64,000 bases of DNA from Bdellovibrionales bacterium (GTDB lineage Bacteria; Bdellovibrionota; Bdellovibrionia; Bdellovibrionales; UBA1609). The notes beneath the pieces are model-generated. The model searched no databases and was not told the origin of the DNA. It saw nothing but the letters and a program-made list of their open reading frames with translations. Both the position numbers and the translations under genes were made by a program. The stretch lies in the NCBI GenBank assembly GCA_027317865.1, contig DAHVQG010000002.1, positions 1 to 64,000 of the forward strand, written 5' to 3'. Positions 30,033-39,847 of the stretch are shown here, in pieces; positions within the stretch are counted from its first letter, which is position 1; the number at the start of each line of letters is the position of its first letter.

Positions 30033-32630
30033 TTACTCAACAGTGAATTTTAAACCCAAATCATGCGCGTCAATATTCACCGTATGCCCGGCCGAAAATT
30101 CACCGGCGATCAGACCTTTGGCGAGGGGATTGAGCACTTCTGTTTTTATTACGCGCTTTAACGGTCGGGCGCCAAATACAGGATCATATCCTTTATCGGC
30201 CAACCATTTTTTTGCTCGATCCGTAAATTTTAAAGCTATTTTTTTCTCTTCGAGCCGTCGGCGCACGTCTTCGAGTTGAATATCTACAATTTCCGCCAAT
30301 CTCTCGGCGTTCAAGCTTTCAAATACAATCACTTCATCGACGCGATTTAAGAATTCGGGCCTGAAATGATCGCGCAGTTGCGCCATAACCGCGTCACGCT
30401 TTTGCTCGTCGCTCAGTTTTTCATCCATTATCGACTGCGAGCCGACATTTGAAGTCATCACAATAACGGTATTACGAAAGTCGACCGTGCGGCCTTGACC
30501 ATCGGTCAGGCGACCGTCATCCAAAACTTGCAATAAAATATTAAAAACTTCAGCGTGCGCCTTTTCAATTTCATCAAGTAAAACCACGCTGTACGGGCGT
30601 CGACGAACGGCCTCGGTTAGCTGGCCACCTTCTTCATAGCCAACGTATCCAGGAGGGGCGCCAATCAATCGTGAAACCGAATGCTTTTCCATATACTCGG
30701 ACATATCGATACGCACGACGGCTTCTTCAGTATCGAACATAAAATCGGCTAACGCTTTAACCGTTTCAGTTTTACCTACACCAGTTGGACCCAAAAACAT
30801 AAAACTTCCGATCGGCTGTCGCGGATCTGAAATTTCCGCGCGCGCGCGCCGAATCGCATCGGCGACCGCCTCCAAAGCTTTGTCTTGTCCAACAACGCGT
30901 TTACGAAGTTCCCCTTCCATTTGAAGCAGTTTTTGCGTTTCGCTCTCGAGCATTTTGTGAACCGGAATACCGGTCCATTTTGCGACGATTTCGGCGATTT
31001 CATCGGGAGTGACTTCTTCGCGCAAAAGCGTCTTTTCCGTTTTTAAACCTTTTTTTTCTTTTTTCTCGCTGAGCAATCGAAGCTTCTTTTCAAGATCCGG
31101 CAGCTTTCCGTATTTAAGCTCTGCGGCCCGCTCCAACCGGCCTTCTCGTTCGGCGCGTTCGATTTCGACCTTCGCATTTTCGATTTCTTCTTTGACGTTT
31201 TTAAGACCGAAAATCTTTTCTTTTTCTTTTTCCCATTGTTTGCTTAAGCCAGCGACTTCGTCTTCTTGGTCGCGAAGTTCGCGCGCAATTTCATCAAGAC
31301 GCTTACGCGAGTCTTCGTCTTTTTCTTTTTTGAGCGCTTCGTTTTCGATTTTCAGCTGTGTGATCTTGCGATTGATTTCGTCAATTTCAGCCGGGACGCT
31401 ATTAATTTCAATCGATAACCGCGACGCCGCCTCGTCCATCAAATCGATCGCTTTATCGGGCAAAAATCGATCGGCAATATATCTGTGGGAGAGTTTCACC
31501 GCTGCGACAATAGCGGCATCCGTAATTCGAACGCCGTGGTGTACTTCGTACTTTTCTTTCAAACCCCGCAATATCGTAATGGCATCTTCAACCGACGGTT
31601 CTTGTACTAATACGGTTTGAAACCGCCGTTCAAGCGCTTTATCTTTTTCGATGTATTTTCGATATTCGTCGAGAGTGGTCGCGCCGACGCAACGTAACTC
31701 ACCACGCGCGAGCGCTGGTTTTAATAGCTGGCCGGCATCAATGGCGCCTTCAGTTTTGCCCGCGCCCACCAATGTGTGAAGCTCGTCAATGAATAGAATA
31801 ATTTGCCCGTTTGATTCCACCACTTCTTTAATGACCGCTTTTAACCGGTCTTCAAATTCACCGCGATATTTGGCACCTGCAATAAGCGACCCAAGGTCAA
31901 GCGACAGCAATTTTTTATTGAGTAATACTTCGGGGACGTCGCGATTAATAATCCTTAAAGCAAGCCCTTCGGCAATTGCCGTTTTACCCACTCCGGGTTC
32001 GCCAATCAATACGGGATTGTTTTTCGTTCGGCGCGAAAGCACCTGAATCACGCGACGAATTTCTTCGTCGCGTCCTATAACAGGATCCAGTTTGCCCTGC
32101 TCGGCCAGTTCGGTAAGATCGCGGGCATATTTTTTTAATGTATCAAATTTTACTTCGGGGTTTTCGTCCGTCACTTTTTGATTGCCTCGTTTTTCTTTCA
32201 ATGTCGTCAGAAATTTTTTAGCGTCTACGCCGGCGCGTTCCAATATTCGCGTGATTTCACTATGCCGCTCTTTTAGTTGCGCCAGCAAAAAATGCTCTGT
32301 CGAAACAAATGAATCGCCAAACTCTTTGGCCTCGTTTTCGGCCTGCCGAAGAAGCGACAAAAAACCTTGCGATGCCGCCAGCGGCGGTTTAGGCGCTGAA
32401 CCTTGCAACTGCGGCAAATGTTTCAGCCTTTGAGTCAGAGCGGAAATCACATCGCCGGTCGACACCCCCATCGCCTCAAATACCTGGGGAACAATACCGT
32501 CTTCTTGCCGGATCAGTTCAAAAATAAGGTGATCCGCTTCAAGCTGAGAGTTGCGGTTGTCTTCAGCCAGCCGCGCGGCGGCCTGTACGGCCTCCTGGCT
32601 TTTTAGAGTCAACTTACTTAAATCCAACAT
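30033..32630 (-). CDS. clpB: ATP-dependent disaggregase ClpB
   Basis: Two AAA+ modules ([16 protein letters not shown]), middle coiled-coil domain, [21 protein letters not shown]. Confidence 0.98.
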   Translation of the reverse strand: MLDLSKLTLKSQEAVQAAARLAEDNRNSQLEADHLIFELIRQEDGIVPQVFEAMGVSTGDVISALTQRLKHLPQLQGSAPKPPLAASQGFLSLLRQAENEAKEFGDSFVSTEHFLLAQLKERHSEITRILERAGVDAKKFLTTLKEKRGNQKVTDENPEVKFDTLKKYARDLTELAEQGKLDPVIGRDEEIRRVIQVLSRRTKNNPVLIGEPGVGKTAIAEGLALRIINRDVPEVLLNKKLLSLDLGSLIAGAKYRGEFEDRLKAVIKEVVESNGQIILFIDELHTLVGAGKTEGAIDAGQLLKPALARGELRCVGATTLDEYRKYIEKDKALERRFQTVLVQEPSVEDAITILRGLKEKYEVHHGVRITDAAIVAAVKLSHRYIADRFLPDKAIDLMDEAASRLSIEINSVPAEIDEINRKITQLKIENEALKKEKDEDSRKRLDEIARELRDQEDEVAGLSKQWEKEKEKIFGLKNVKEEIENAKVEIERAEREGRLERAAELKYGKLPDLEKKLRLLSEKKEKKGLKTEKTLLREEVTPDEIAEIVAKWTGIPVHKMLESETQKLLQMEGELRKRVVGQDKALEAVADAIRRARAEISDPRQPIGSFMFLGPTGVGKTETVKALADFMFDTEEAVVRIDMSEYMEKHSVSRLIGAPPGYVGYEEGGQLTEAVRRRPYSVVLLDEIEKAHAEVFNILLQVLDDGRLTDGQGRTVDFRNTVIVMTSNVGSQSIMDEKLSDEQKRDAVMAQLRDHFRPEFLNRVDEVIVFESLNAERLAEIVDIQLEDVRRRLEEKKIALKFTDRAKKWLADKGYDPVFGARPLKRVIKTEVLNPLAKGLIAGEFSAGHTVNIDAHDLGLKFTVE

Positions 32631-32670
32631 GACGATTACTCCGATTCAATGCTATAAGGATGAGGTCGAT

Positions 32671-32895
32671 ATGACCACTGTCAATCCGCGCTCCATTATT
32701 TTAGATAGCGTAAACCCTAAGGATTTTCGCGAACTCAACCTCATATATTGCTGTGAGCAGTGCAGCTACTTTGACAGTAAAAAAGAAACTTGCGCAATGG
32801 GATTTAAGGTTGAAAAGCATCGGCGCGAAGAACAGCTCCGCCTTTATAACTTGTGTGGCAAGTTTGCCATTTGTCGCTCCCAGGAGATTGACTGA
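32671..32895 (+). CDS. Small Cys-rich putative metal-binding protein
   Basis: SD GAGG then ATG 32671; CCEQC...C...C...C. Confidence 0.65.
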   Translation: MTTVNPRSIILDSVNPKDFRELNLIYCCEQCSYFDSKKETCAMGFKVEKHRREEQLRLYNLCGKFAICRSQEID

Positions 32896-32900
32896 ACAAT

Positions 32901-33872
32901 ATGCCCGCTCCGTCGGTATGGCCGCTTGTTAGCGCAGTCGTCGTTTTCTTATTCATCGCAGCGGCAGCGGTTTACTGGATCATTTCAAGAGCGCGCTCAC
33001 AACTTCGATTTGTTGAACCGGATGATCCCGACCATCGCCGTGTATTCCCAGGTTTGCCTCCTGGGCAATTTGTAGAAGTCGATGGATTTAAAATACGCTT
33101 TATTCAAGAGGGTCGCGGCCAGGACGTCGTATTGATTCACGGGTTATGTGAATCAATTGTCACCTGGAGGCTCAATTTTAACGATTTAACCAAACGCTAT
33201 AGGGTCACCGCCCTTGATCTGCCGGGTTTTGGATTTTCGTCAAAACTGGTTGAAAAAGACTATAGTCTAGATTCGCAATCGCAACGGATTTTTGAATTCA
33301 TGGACAAACTCAATATTGTAAAACCGCACTTGGTTGCGCATTCCATGGGTGGGGCTATTGCGGCCTGGATGATTAAAAGCCAGCCGACGAAAATAAACAA
33401 AGTTGTACTTCTTGCACCGGCAGTTAACAGGGCCATCATCTGGTTTCACCCACGTGCAGCCGAATGGTTCGGCAAAGTAGTCCGGCCCTTTATTGTGAAC
33501 CAGGCTTTGATCAAGCGAGTTTACCTCAAACAGTGCGTCGTTGAACCGCCGCCTGATTTTGTCGAAGCACTCCCCGAAATGTACCGGCCTTACCATAACT
33601 CCCCAAACGCCGTAAAAACGCTTTTACTGCATAACTGGCTCCTTAACGACAAACGGCTCCCCAAAGGTCTGGCCGATCTTAAAAACCCGGTTTTGGTGAT
33701 CGCTGGCGAGTCTGACCGGGTAGTGCGCCTTAAACTCATCGACGAGTTTTTAAGTTTAAATCCTAACGCACAATATATTGTCCTTTCAGATACTGGACAC
33801 CAGTTACATGAAGAAAAACCTCGCGAGGTGGTTTCTAAACTGTGTGATTTTTTTGACTCGCCGAAGGTCTGA
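32901..33872 (+). CDS. Membrane-anchored alpha/beta hydrolase
   Basis: N-terminal TM; LIHG, DLPGFG, AHSMGG nucleophile elbow, GESD, GH..HEE. Confidence 0.92.
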   Translation: MPAPSVWPLVSAVVVFLFIAAAAVYWIISRARSQLRFVEPDDPDHRRVFPGLPPGQFVEVDGFKIRFIQEGRGQDVVLIHGLCESIVTWRLNFNDLTKRYRVTALDLPGFGFSSKLVEKDYSLDSQSQRIFEFMDKLNIVKPHLVAHSMGGAIAAWMIKSQPTKINKVVLLAPAVNRAIIWFHPRAAEWFGKVVRPFIVNQALIKRVYLKQCVVEPPPDFVEALPEMYRPYHNSPNAVKTLLLHNWLLNDKRLPKGLADLKNPVLVIAGESDRVVRLKLIDEFLSLNPNAQYIVLSDTGHQLHEEKPREVVSKLCDFFDSPKV

Positions 33873-33973
33873 TTCGGGCTCTCTATTTAAATAAATTAGA
33901 TTTCAGCTTCGCGCCAGACTCGACTTTGGACGAATTCTACGGCGCAACCGTCTAAAAATGGACTCAAGTCCAG

Positions 33974-34000
33974 TCAAGAATCTGACTCACGTACCGAAAT
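33974..34000 (+). promoter_or_regulatory. Putative sigma28 (FliA) promoter of flagellin
   Basis: TCAA-N15-ACCGAAAT vs consensus TAAA-N15-GCCGATAA. Confidence 0.65.
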
Positions 34001-34006
34001 TTCTAG

Positions 34007-34245
34007 TGTCACGTAAGAAGACCTCAAACAGGAATTCACTTGAAGTCAACTTTTTTACAGGAGGACATCAAGGATGAAGTGACCGACTACAGGAGTAGAT
34101 TTCGGGGCTATTAAATACACGGCTCGGATGCCGGTTCTCTCAGGCCCCACCCGAAAACGCTAAGCGTGAGGGAGAGAGCAAAACACACAAGGAGGAATTT
34201 TATGGAATTAGAAACGTAAATTTTTAAAAAACGGAGGAGAAAACC
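34007..34245 (+). promoter_or_regulatory. Long flagellin 5' leader with repeated CsrA-type GGA sites
   Basis: Nine GGA clusters, several in hairpin loops (CTAC-AGGA-GTAG; CGGC-TCGGAT-GCCG). Confidence 0.6.
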
Positions 34246-35082
34246 ATGGCATTACGAGTTACAACCAATATAGCTGCAATCGATGCAGAACGAAACCTTG
34301 CCGGCATGCAAGGAAAAATGCAAAAAAGCTTCGCTCAATTATCGAGCGGTCACCGCATTACCAGTGCTGGCGACGACCCCGCCGGACTGGCCATATCTGA
34401 AAACTTGAAAGCGCAAATTCGGTCAACCCGACAAGCGCACCGCAACGCGAGCGATGGTGTGTCAATGGTGCAAGTGGCGGAAGGCGGCCTCAACACAATC
34501 GGCAACATGATCATTCGTCTTCGCGAACTCGCAATGCAAGCCGCTTCAGACACTGTCAGCCATAGAGACCGTGGCTTCATTAACAAAGAAGTTCAGCAGC
34601 TCAAAGATGAAATTCAGCGGGTTGCAAATACGACCACTTGGGGCAAAACAAAGTTGCTCAACGGTTCAACTCCAAATTTCGACTTTCAAGTGGGTATTTT
34701 CAATAATAAATTTAACGACCGCATCTCATTCAAAGCGAGCAAAAACGTGGCAACCTTAGATGCTCTTGGATTGGATGGCCTCGACTACACAACCAAAGAA
34801 GGGGCACAAGAAGCCCTGGGAGAGCTCGATCATGCTCAAAACAATGTGAGCGGTATGCGTGCGAATCTCGGAGCTCTGCAAAACAGGTTGCAATCAACGA
34901 TTAGCAATTTGGGGATATCTGAAGAAAACTTGTCAGCCGCCAAAAGCCGGATTAGCGATACTGACGTGGCTGCATCAACAGCCGCTCTTGTGAAAAACAA
35001 GATTTTGATGCAAGCAGGTATTGCCTCTTTGGCTCAAGCGAACCAAATGAATGAAGTCGCACTCAATTTAATCCACGGCTAA
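34246..35082 (+). CDS. fliC: Flagellin (short, D0/D1 only)
   Basis: MALRVTTNIAA, LSSGHRI..AGDDPAGLAISE, RANLGALQNRL, SRISDTDVA. Confidence 0.97.
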   Translation: MALRVTTNIAAIDAERNLAGMQGKMQKSFAQLSSGHRITSAGDDPAGLAISENLKAQIRSTRQAHRNASDGVSMVQVAEGGLNTIGNMIIRLRELAMQAASDTVSHRDRGFINKEVQQLKDEIQRVANTTTWGKTKLLNGSTPNFDFQVGIFNNKFNDRISFKASKNVATLDALGLDGLDYTTKEGAQEALGELDHAQNNVSGMRANLGALQNRLQSTISNLGISEENLSAAKSRISDTDVAASTAALVKNKILMQAGIASLAQANQMNEVALNLIHG

Positions 35083-35103
35083 GGCAATTAGATTCATAAC
35101 CCT

Positions 35104-35170
35104 TACGGCCGTCCGTCGAGGACGGTCGTGAAAATAAACCCGGTGCATCGACACCGGGTTTACCATTTTT
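35104..35170 (+). terminator. Tandem hairpins / intrinsic terminator after fliC
   Basis: TACGGCCGTCC-GTCGA-GGACGGTCGTG, then TAAACCCGGTG-CATCGA-CACCGGGTTTA followed by CCATTTTT. Confidence 0.7.
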
Positions 35171-35259
35171 GTGTTGACCGCACGTTCGATTTCTTTAAAA
35201 AAGATAGTCTAGGGTAAGAAATCCGAAGTCGTCTTTGGCACCATCAAAACGAGGGATAT

Positions 35260-35703
35260 ATGGCAAGAAAAAAAGCGGGCAAAAAAACAAGTCGATCAAC
35301 AAAAAAAACTACACGAAGCACTAAAGCTAAACGCAAATCCGCAACTCGCGGGCGCGCAACGCCAAATCGTCGATCAAAGAAATCGACGACGAAACGTTCA
35401 GCCGCCCCCAAAAGATCGGCGGCAAAACGGTCACGTGTAAAACCGAAAGCATCTGGCGCCAGTGGAACCTTAGCCAGCACAACAGTCACTGCCGCGTTTT
35501 TCTCGGAGCAGGACGACTCAGAAGATGAGCTAGGCCAACCGACAGAAGGCGTCAGCTACGAAGCCGTCGACGATTTGACTGAAGACGATCTCGACGAAAT
35601 GGAATCGGAGCAACCTGAAAGCGAAGACGAAAATAGTGAAGACGATGATGACGTTGTCGACCCCGACGATGATTCGTCAGAGGATGAAGGCAGCTATTTC
35701 TAA
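35260..35703 (+). CDS. Basic N-terminal / acidic C-terminal low-complexity protein (H1/Hc-like N-half)
   Basis: SD GAGGG; K/R-rich first 63 aa and D/E-rich last ~66 aa. Confidence 0.8.
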   Translation: MARKKAGKKTSRSTKKTTRSTKAKRKSATRGRATPNRRSKKSTTKRSAAPKRSAAKRSRVKPKASGASGTLASTTVTAAFFSEQDDSEDELGQPTEGVSYEAVDDLTEDDLDEMESEQPESEDENSEDDDDVVDPDDDSSEDEGSYF

Positions 35704-35796
35704 TCGTTTCAGCGTGGCTGAAAAATCCTCCATCTTTTCTCGATAAGTATTAAAAGCTGAACGACTAAATAAATGTAGAAGGTGGAGAAAGTTTTC

Positions 35797-36468
35797 ATGA
35801 CTCGTTTACTCAATCTTCGATCTATTTTTTTAATCGGCATTTCAATATTATCTTGGAGCCTGTCCGGGTACGCGCAGGCAGTGGACGGAAATTTCGTCGT
35901 TGTACGCGGTCAAGTACAGTTAAAAAGTGCGGCAAATGGCAAAATAACGAAAGCAAAAGTCGGCGAGCGTATTCGCCCTGAAGATACGATCATTACTGGC
36001 AAAGAATCGCGAGCCAAAGTCGTGATGGTAGACGGCAACGTCATCAACGTTTTGCCGAAGTCGAGTTTTGAGATCAAAACCTATGTATATAAGCCGCAAA
36101 AAAATAAGAAGAATGTTTTACTTCATCTTATGTACGGCAAAATTCGCGCAATGGTTCAACAAAAATACTACGGTGCAAATAAATTTCGCATCACTACTCC
36201 TTCGGCAGCAGTTGGGGTTCACGGTACAGATTTTATAACTAGCTATAATACATCGACTCACGTGACTTCGATTATGACGTTTCGTGGCCGGGTTGAATTC
36301 GGTCACCTGAATTCCGCCGGGCACTTTGTTAATCCAGTATTCGTAAACGCCGGGGAAATGAGCCGGATACTCGCTTTTAGACGGCCGATGCCGCCGACTC
36401 GAATGTCAAAAAAGTTCATGATTAAAATGAAACGCGAGTCGGAAGCCGCAACAGGAGCCGCACCATAA
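35797..36468 (+). CDS. Secreted FecR-domain protein
   Basis: Signal peptide; DTIITGKESRAKV, GKIRA.V, FRITTPSAAVGVHGTDF. ATG 35797 preferred over GTG 35782. Confidence 0.85.
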   Translation: MTRLLNLRSIFLIGISILSWSLSGYAQAVDGNFVVVRGQVQLKSAANGKITKAKVGERIRPEDTIITGKESRAKVVMVDGNVINVLPKSSFEIKTYVYKPQKNKKNVLLHLMYGKIRAMVQQKYYGANKFRITTPSAAVGVHGTDFITSYNTSTHVTSIMTFRGRVEFGHLNSAGHFVNPVFVNAGEMSRILAFRRPMPPTRMSKKFMIKMKRESEAATGAAP

Positions 36469-36479
36469 TCTGGACCATA

Positions 36480-37700
36480 GTGAAAGCAGCACTTACCGTC
36501 ATTTTTGGATTGATATTTTTAGATTTACAAGTCGCAAACGCGAGTACGGCAATGCCAATCATTGCGCGCGATCCAATTAACGGTAAAATAGCTGAGATTT
36601 TTCTAGCAGAGACCGCGCTTAATTCGTCCATTTTTGAAGACCACTTTATTAATCGCTTGAGCTCTTCGCAGAGCCTATGGAACCAGAAATGGTCAATCGA
36701 TGCATCGGACTCGATGATTTACGACTCGGACATTTTGCTTCATCCAATCAACGCCGATCCCACGACCGCTTATCCGTCATTTCAGGGCGGCGGCCGCACG
36801 GATGGCAATATTTTGGTTGAACACCAACTGTTTAACACGAGCAGGTCTCAAATGAGCCTTGTCGGGAACGGCAATTATATGTGGTCTTTTAACCCTGTTT
36901 TTGCCGCGGGCGACCCGACTGACCTCACCCTTAACGCGCCCTACTCGCTGAAAGGGGTCTGGCGCCGCAAACAATATGAACTGACATTTGTACCCGGTTT
37001 CGAAACGCTTGATATGGATTACAACAACACCAGCGGCGGAGTCAGTCGACCCGATATACTTAATTCGTTTACCGGTGAAATCGACTGGCTGCTCGCCATG
37101 CGGTCGAATTGGCTATCCAATACCACGTTTAATATTCGCCATGATCAATCGCTGTTGCCGGACGGCGGCCCGGACGATGCGACCGCGATGAAATATGAAA
37201 TTTTTCAAGAAGAGTCTTTCTTTATAAATCCTGAAAAAACTCGCGCGTTCCAAAGTTTCGTTGGATTCACATACAATGCGGCTCTAGGAATAAACGAAAT
37301 ATTTAACCGTATCGAAGCCGGCGGCCTTTACTCGGCTCCGCTTAAGAAATTTCAAAATGTTTTTTGGGATGCAGCGGCGACTGTTTATCATATGACTTAT
37401 CCGAATAAAGAAATAAACGTCGGCCAAAAAGGTGAAACGGACGACGATACGACTTTAGCGGCCGGTCTTACAAAATTCGTGAATTCACACTGGAGCGGCA
37501 TGTTCACGGCGTCGTACACTACGAATACCTCGAACGTCGACACGTCAAAATACAACAAATACGTCGTCATGGCCACAATCGATTACCACTGGGATGGCAG
37601 CCCTCAGGGGTCAGCGGGGTTGCAAGGCGAACCCGTGCACAGTATGTCATACTTCAGCGCCGGTAGTACCGGAACTGATTCAAACACCGGATCATATTGA
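36480..37700 (+). CDS. Putative outer-membrane beta-barrel protein
   Basis: Signal peptide, alternating aromatic strands, ASYTTNTSNVD..KYNK...ATIDYHW; paired with the FecR gene. Confidence 0.65.
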   Translation: MKAALTVIFGLIFLDLQVANASTAMPIIARDPINGKIAEIFLAETALNSSIFEDHFINRLSSSQSLWNQKWSIDASDSMIYDSDILLHPINADPTTAYPSFQGGGRTDGNILVEHQLFNTSRSQMSLVGNGNYMWSFNPVFAAGDPTDLTLNAPYSLKGVWRRKQYELTFVPGFETLDMDYNNTSGGVSRPDILNSFTGEIDWLLAMRSNWLSNTTFNIRHDQSLLPDGGPDDATAMKYEIFQEESFFINPEKTRAFQSFVGFTYNAALGINEIFNRIEAGGLYSAPLKKFQNVFWDAAATVYHMTYPNKEINVGQKGETDDDTTLAAGLTKFVNSHWSGMFTASYTTNTSNVDTSKYNKYVVMATIDYHWDGSPQGSAGLQGEPVHSMSYFSAGSTGTDSNTGSY

Positions 37701-39061
37701 AACGAAAACTCGCCGAGTGAGAAAACCGCACTTTCAGCCACAATTACGCCCTGAACCGTTCCTAAATAACGGCTATGAATGAGTGGCGCATTGAGAAGAA
37801 TATGTTGAAAGTTTATTGAGGCACGAGTTTGCCCTGCCGCCGATATCCCCGTCGGGAGATTACCTGGCACGGAGGCATCTTGCAGAAGGGGCAATCCGAT
37901 GTTTTCGCCTTGGGCGTAAATGGAATTAGCGAACGTTTGGTACGCACTCGCATTCGGCGCTTGTCGCAGAACCATATTACCGCGAACGTCGTAAAGAAGG
38001 CGCACTTCAAGTGGCGGAAGTACTGTATTACTTTGAGTTGTTGCATCGTATGGGCCGTCGGGCGTGCCGTCACCATTTTCCGCTTCGCCGTTTAGCCCCA
38101 CCCCCATAAGAATGGCCGTCGCACTTGTGATCTGCAAATTGTCTGTCGGGTCGACAGTCGCACCTGAGTTCAGATATGTCACCGGGCCTTCAATAAATAC
38201 CGGACCCGTTACGTACAGCCGACAGCCTTCGTTTTCGGCGAAAAGTTGCAAGCTATTTAAAACAAGCGTGCCGTTTACAACGACGTCCTTGCCTGAGCAG
38301 TTGAGGTTGCCGGAGTTCGTAAAATACGGCTCATTATTTACGCCAGTGGCTTCAGTTAAATTGTTTAGACCGGTTGAAGGATTGCCCAAAACTTGAACGA
38401 AAGGTTGAGCTGAATTGTCATTTGGCGCAAGAGCCAATATCTCGGCAGTTGTCGGTGCTCCGATATAAATGTTTGATTCTGTGACAACAGCGGGTTTAGT
38501 ACCCGAGTTTACCGAATACGTAAAACTTGGGTTTGCCGCCGGGTTGGGAACGTTGAAAAAATTGTTCCAATAGGTGCCAAAATTATTAATAGTGGACAGA
38601 GTCAAATATTTTTCTAAACTTATATCGCTCGAAAGCGGGGTTGCAGTCGTCTGCAACTGTGAATTCACATAACTCGCATTTACTGTAGCATCGGGAATGA
38701 TCACTTGCCCGTTTAACTGATTAATAGTTTGCCAGGTTGTGGCGACATAATGATATCCACCGAAATTTGTCGGATTGTTGAACCCGTTCATATACCACGA
38801 ATCACCGTAGCCGAAGTCAGTAATTAAATTCGACTGAATGTTCGCGTGGCAGGCAATGCACGTCGTGTCCCGAATCGCGACTGCCGGTTGAAATTCTTCG
38901 ATTGTGGGTGTTGTACCTCCGCCTGCCGTCCCAGCTGTTGTTTCATTTTGAGGCGTTGACTGTGATGAAGAAAACCGGACTTGCCCGCAATTTTGAAATG
39001 CGACAGAGACAAATGCAAAGGCTCCGATAATGAAAATGTACTTTCTGTGCCCCGCTCCCAT
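37604..39061 (-). CDS. Secreted lipoprotein with FQNC lipobox and a single CxxCH motif
   Basis: FVSVAFQNCG; CIACH; N/T/G-rich beta-helix-like middle (VVVNGTLVLN, LYVTGPVFIEGP). Confidence 0.75.
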   Translation of the reverse strand: MGAGHRKYIFIIGAFAFVSVAFQNCGQVRFSSSQSTPQNETTAGTAGGGTTPTIEEFQPAVAIRDTTCIACHANIQSNLITDFGYGDSWYMNGFNNPTNFGGYHYVATTWQTINQLNGQVIIPDATVNASYVNSQLQTTATPLSSDISLEKYLTLSTINNFGTYWNNFFNVPNPAANPSFTYSVNSGTKPAVVTESNIYIGAPTTAEILALAPNDNSAQPFVQVLGNPSTGLNNLTEATGVNNEPYFTNSGNLNCSGKDVVVNGTLVLNSLQLFAENEGCRLYVTGPVFIEGPVTYLNSGATVDPTDNLQITSATAILMGVGLNGEAENGDGTPDGPYDATTQSNTVLPPLEVRLLYDVRGNMVLRQAPNASAYQTFANSIYAQGENIGLPLLQDASVPGNLPTGISAAGQTRASINFQHILLNAPLIHSRYLGTVQGVIVAESAVFSLGEFSFQYDPVFESVPVLPALKYDILCTGSPCNPADP

Positions 39062-39141
39062 TTTTACGTCCCCCTCAGAACCGTCCGTGCTCGCTTAACA
39101 CGCGAGCACTCCTCACCCGTAGACTTCAAATTATATTAATT

Positions 39142-39157
39142 TGCATAATTGGGGCCA
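39142..39157 (-). promoter_or_regulatory. Putative sigma54 promoter for the FQNC lipoprotein gene
   Basis: TGGCCCCAATTATGCA: GG-N10-GC spacing, ~80 nt upstream of the ATG. Confidence 0.45.
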
Positions 39158-39223
39158 TGCATTGAACAATAAGGGCGATTTGAGTGATGATTTTTTTGAC
39201 AGTGTTTAACCGCTAAACATTAT

Positions 39224-39847
39224 TTAGTTGAGGTAAGCCTCAAGCCGCTCCGACGTTTCAGTAGCTAGCTCGTGCCAATCGAGAAGCCCCCCCAGTTGAG
39301 TGGTCATTTCACCCTCAAGCCGCTCATGATCGCGAACAGAAACGCGCACGATCGATTGAAAGCGTTCGTCCGGAGGTAAAACGCCTTGCAAATGCAAGAA
39401 CTTCAACTGAAATTGCAGACGTAAAAAATTAAGTTCACGACTCGTTTCCGCCGCCCGTAAACTGTGACCCAAAAGATTGAATGTTTCTTTATGACGATCG
39501 CCTTCGCGTGCGGCACGGCTTACGATACGCACAAACTGTAGAGCCATATCAATGCGATCATATTCGGTTTTAAGTTTTGCAAAGTCGTCAAGGAGGGTTG
39601 CCTCTTGCAAAACCGGTAAACGCTCGACTCCGGATATCTCATCGCTTGACCGGCGAGTCACAGTGACCGCCAAATGGTGGGTCGGTTCAAGCACCCCGCC
39701 ACCAAACCTTTTACGGCTTCTCAACGCTGATTTTGCAATGACAGAATAGACTTCGCCGCCCGCCGATATAAATTTCAAAATAAGATCGGCTTCTGCGTAT
39801 TTAACTTTGCTGAGGCAAATAACGCGATCACTAATCCGCTGAACCAT
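39224..39847 (-). CDS. recO: DNA repair protein RecO
   Basis: KYAEADLIL...IAKSALRSRKRFGGGVLEP; FQLKFLHLQG; lacks the Zn-finger part. Confidence 0.88.
   Translation of the reverse strand: MVQRISDRVICLSKVKYAEADLILKFISAGGEVYSVIAKSALRSRKRFGGGVLEPTHHLAVTVTRRSSDEISGVERLPVLQEATLLDDFAKLKTEYDRIDMALQFVRIVSRAAREGDRHKETFNLLGHSLRAAETSRELNFLRLQFQLKFLHLQGVLPPDERFQSIVRVSVRDHERLEGEMTTQLGGLLDWHELATETSERLEAYLN

Noticed and set aside
31009-31620. 203-aa Ser/Phe-rich ORF
   Set aside because: Antisense shadow of the E/K-rich ClpB coiled coil
35720-35746. GAAA-N15-CTCGATAA upstream of the FecR gene
   Set aside because: Both boxes deviate from the sigma28 consensus; too weak to call
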